From: Heptranchias perlo
Lineage: Eukaryota
Assembly (NCBI RefSeq): GCF_035084215.1
Contig: NC_090330.1
Span: 23,064,001 to 23,128,000 of the forward strand
Length of the DNA stretch: 64,000 nt
Direction of reading: 5' to 3'
A model generated the notes under the pieces. It did not search any database. It saw nothing but the letters and a program-made list of their open reading frames with translations, and was not told the DNA's origin. Shown here piece after piece: positions 61,836 to 64,000 of the stretch. Position 1 is the stretch's first letter; the number at the start of each line of letters is the position of its first letter. The position numbers were made by a program, and so were the translations under genes.

Positions 61836-63115
61836 CGTTTGATAAAGTGCAACATAATAGACTTGTAGCAATATTGAAGCCCATGGGATTAAAGGGGCAG
61901 TTGTAGCGTGGATACAAAATTGGCTAAGAGACAGAGAGCAGAGAGTAGTGGTAAACGTTGTTTATCAGACTGGAGGGAAGTGTACAGTGGTGTCCCCCAG
62001 GGGTCGGTACTGCTCTTTTTGATATGTATTAATGACCTGGACTTGGGTATAGGGGGCAAAATTCAAAGTTTGTTAAGGCACAAAGCTTGGAAATATAGTA
62101 AACAGTGAGGAGGATAGCAGCAGATTTTAGGAGGGCATATACAGACTGGTGAAATAGGCAGGCACATGGCAGATTAAATTTAATGCAGAGAAGTGTGAAG
62201 CACTGTATTTTGGAAAGAAAAGTGAAGAGTGGCAATATAAATTAAATTGTACAATTTTGAAGGGGTGCAGGAACAGAGAGACCTGGGGGTTCACATACAC
62301 AAATCTTTGAAGGTGGCAGGACAAGTTGATAAGGTTGTTAAAAAAGCATATGGGATTCTGGGCTTTATTAATAGAGGCATGGAGTACAAAAGCAAGGAAG
62401 TTATGGTAAACCTTTATAAATCATTGGTTAGACCTCAGCTAGAGTATTGTGTCCATTTCTGGCACCACATTTTAGGAAAGATGTCAAGGCCTTGGAGCGC
62501 ACGCAGAGGAAATTTACCAGAATGGTCCCACGGGTGAGGGACTTCAGTTATGTGGAGAGACTAGAGAAGCTAGGATTGTTCTACTTAGTGCAGAGAAGGT
62601 TAAGGGCAGATTTAATAGAGGTGTTCAAAATTATGAGGGATTTTGATAAAGTACATAAGGAGAAACTGGCAGTTTCCACTGGCAGATGGGTCGGTAACCA
62701 GAGGACACAGATGTAAGATAATTGGCAAAAATGTCAGGGGGAAATGAGGAATTTTTTTATGCAGTGAGTTGTTATGATCTGGAATGGACTACCTGAAAGG
62801 GTGGTGGAAGCAAATTCAATAGTAACTTTCAAAAGGGAATTGCATAATGCTAAAGGGACCAAGGGATATGGGGAAAAAGCGGGAACAGGGTACTGAGTTA
62901 GACGATCAGCCATGATCATTTTGAATGGCGGAGCAGGCCCGAAGGGCCTACTCTTGCTCCTATTTTCTATGTTTCTATATATACTTCAAAAGAAGAAATT
63001 TGGAGCGCTATGTGGAAAAAGCAGGAGAGTGGGACTAATTGGATAGATCTTAATAAGCCAGCACAGGCTGGATGGGCCAAATGGCCTCCTTCTGTGCTGT
63101 ATGATTCTATGTTCT
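61836..63115 (+). mobile_element. CR1 3' half with a second CR1 tail nested at about 62845-62978
   Basis: [38 protein letters not shown]; two distinct 3' tails. Confidence 0.85.
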
Positions 63116-64000
63116 CTGACAAATATTTCCAAAGTTCCTTCAGGAACCATGTAGGTTCCTCATACTATATACCCCTAGAAATAAGTAACATAATACACAT
63201 TTAAAATAAACAGTTCATAAATATGCTACTAAGCTTACCCAAAAATGTAACATTTGCATTTTGGAACTCCCTGCAGCAATGTTTCCACCAATAGGCCTCA
63301 CCTCTCTTAGGGACCTTGGGCTTGAGTTGTCCTTTGCTCCTGAAGTTTCCGTCGTCCATATGGGCTTTCCTGGCTGGTCGTTTTAAGCCCTTTGCAAATG
63401 AGCAACCTCACAGTGCCTCAATCTCCTACTGTGCCCTGTACATGTGCAATGCTATTTCTGGCTCTTTCCCACTCATGCTATTTCATATAATTTTCCAGCT
63501 GAGAGGCTGACATGCTTCTTAGAACAAAATTGCTGGGACTGAGAGGCTGCATTTTGAGACTAGCCTTTAACTTGCTGGACAGACATTCACGAGACAGTAC
63601 TAAGAGAGGGTTGGGATAGAGATTTCTGAGAGACTGAGGAGAGGATTTCAAAAAGTCAATACAAACAAAAAAGTATAATAAAAATAATTACCCCACAAAA
63701 CCAGAGTTAAAATTTGAAACCAAAATACAATAGGCACAAAATAATATTTAAAGATTTCAATAAGGAACTTCTTTCTCCATTACATTTTTTTGTTTTCTCT
63801 GTCTATATTATATATTCCATTGTCTTACATACTGTAATGTTCCAGTTGTTACAGCCGATGAAAAACACTGAACAATGCTACAAGAGATCCACTTGTACAT
63901 ATTGTAAAAAAAGTAACATATTTACTGTTTTTGCAAAACAGTGACATTGAGTAGTGAATTCCCTGGTATCAAGAACCAGAGATGTTATGATAGGACTCAA

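Overview
Eukaryotic, repeat-rich vertebrate DNA, most likely a cartilaginous fish (shark-type CR1, L2, DeuSINE and Penelope repeats). Host genes: SERTM1 (+, single coding exon 5291-5626) and a complete 8-exon cyclin A1 gene CCNA1 (-, 39985-30610, 431 aa reconstructed by hand from GT-AG junctions). One isolated but intact SPART (spartin) exon lies at 17192-17386 (+). Most of the remainder is nested retroelements and DNA-transposon fossils. Highlights: (1) The SPART exon sits inside a 3.4-kb block that splits one CR1 element and is bounded by two copies of another LINE, i.e. a captured gene fragment. (2) A LINE family has a tRNA-like A/B-box head fused to its endonuclease ORF with no visible ORF1, and spawns head+tail SINE-like derivatives. 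(3) Fold-back Penelope insertions carry TSDs and minimal hammerhead ribozymes. (4) The CCNA1 promoter has a cyclin-A2-type CCAAT-CDE-CHR core plus MYB, RFX and E-box sites. No database searches were run: family names and comparisons rest on recalled motifs, and repeat boundaries are approximate.
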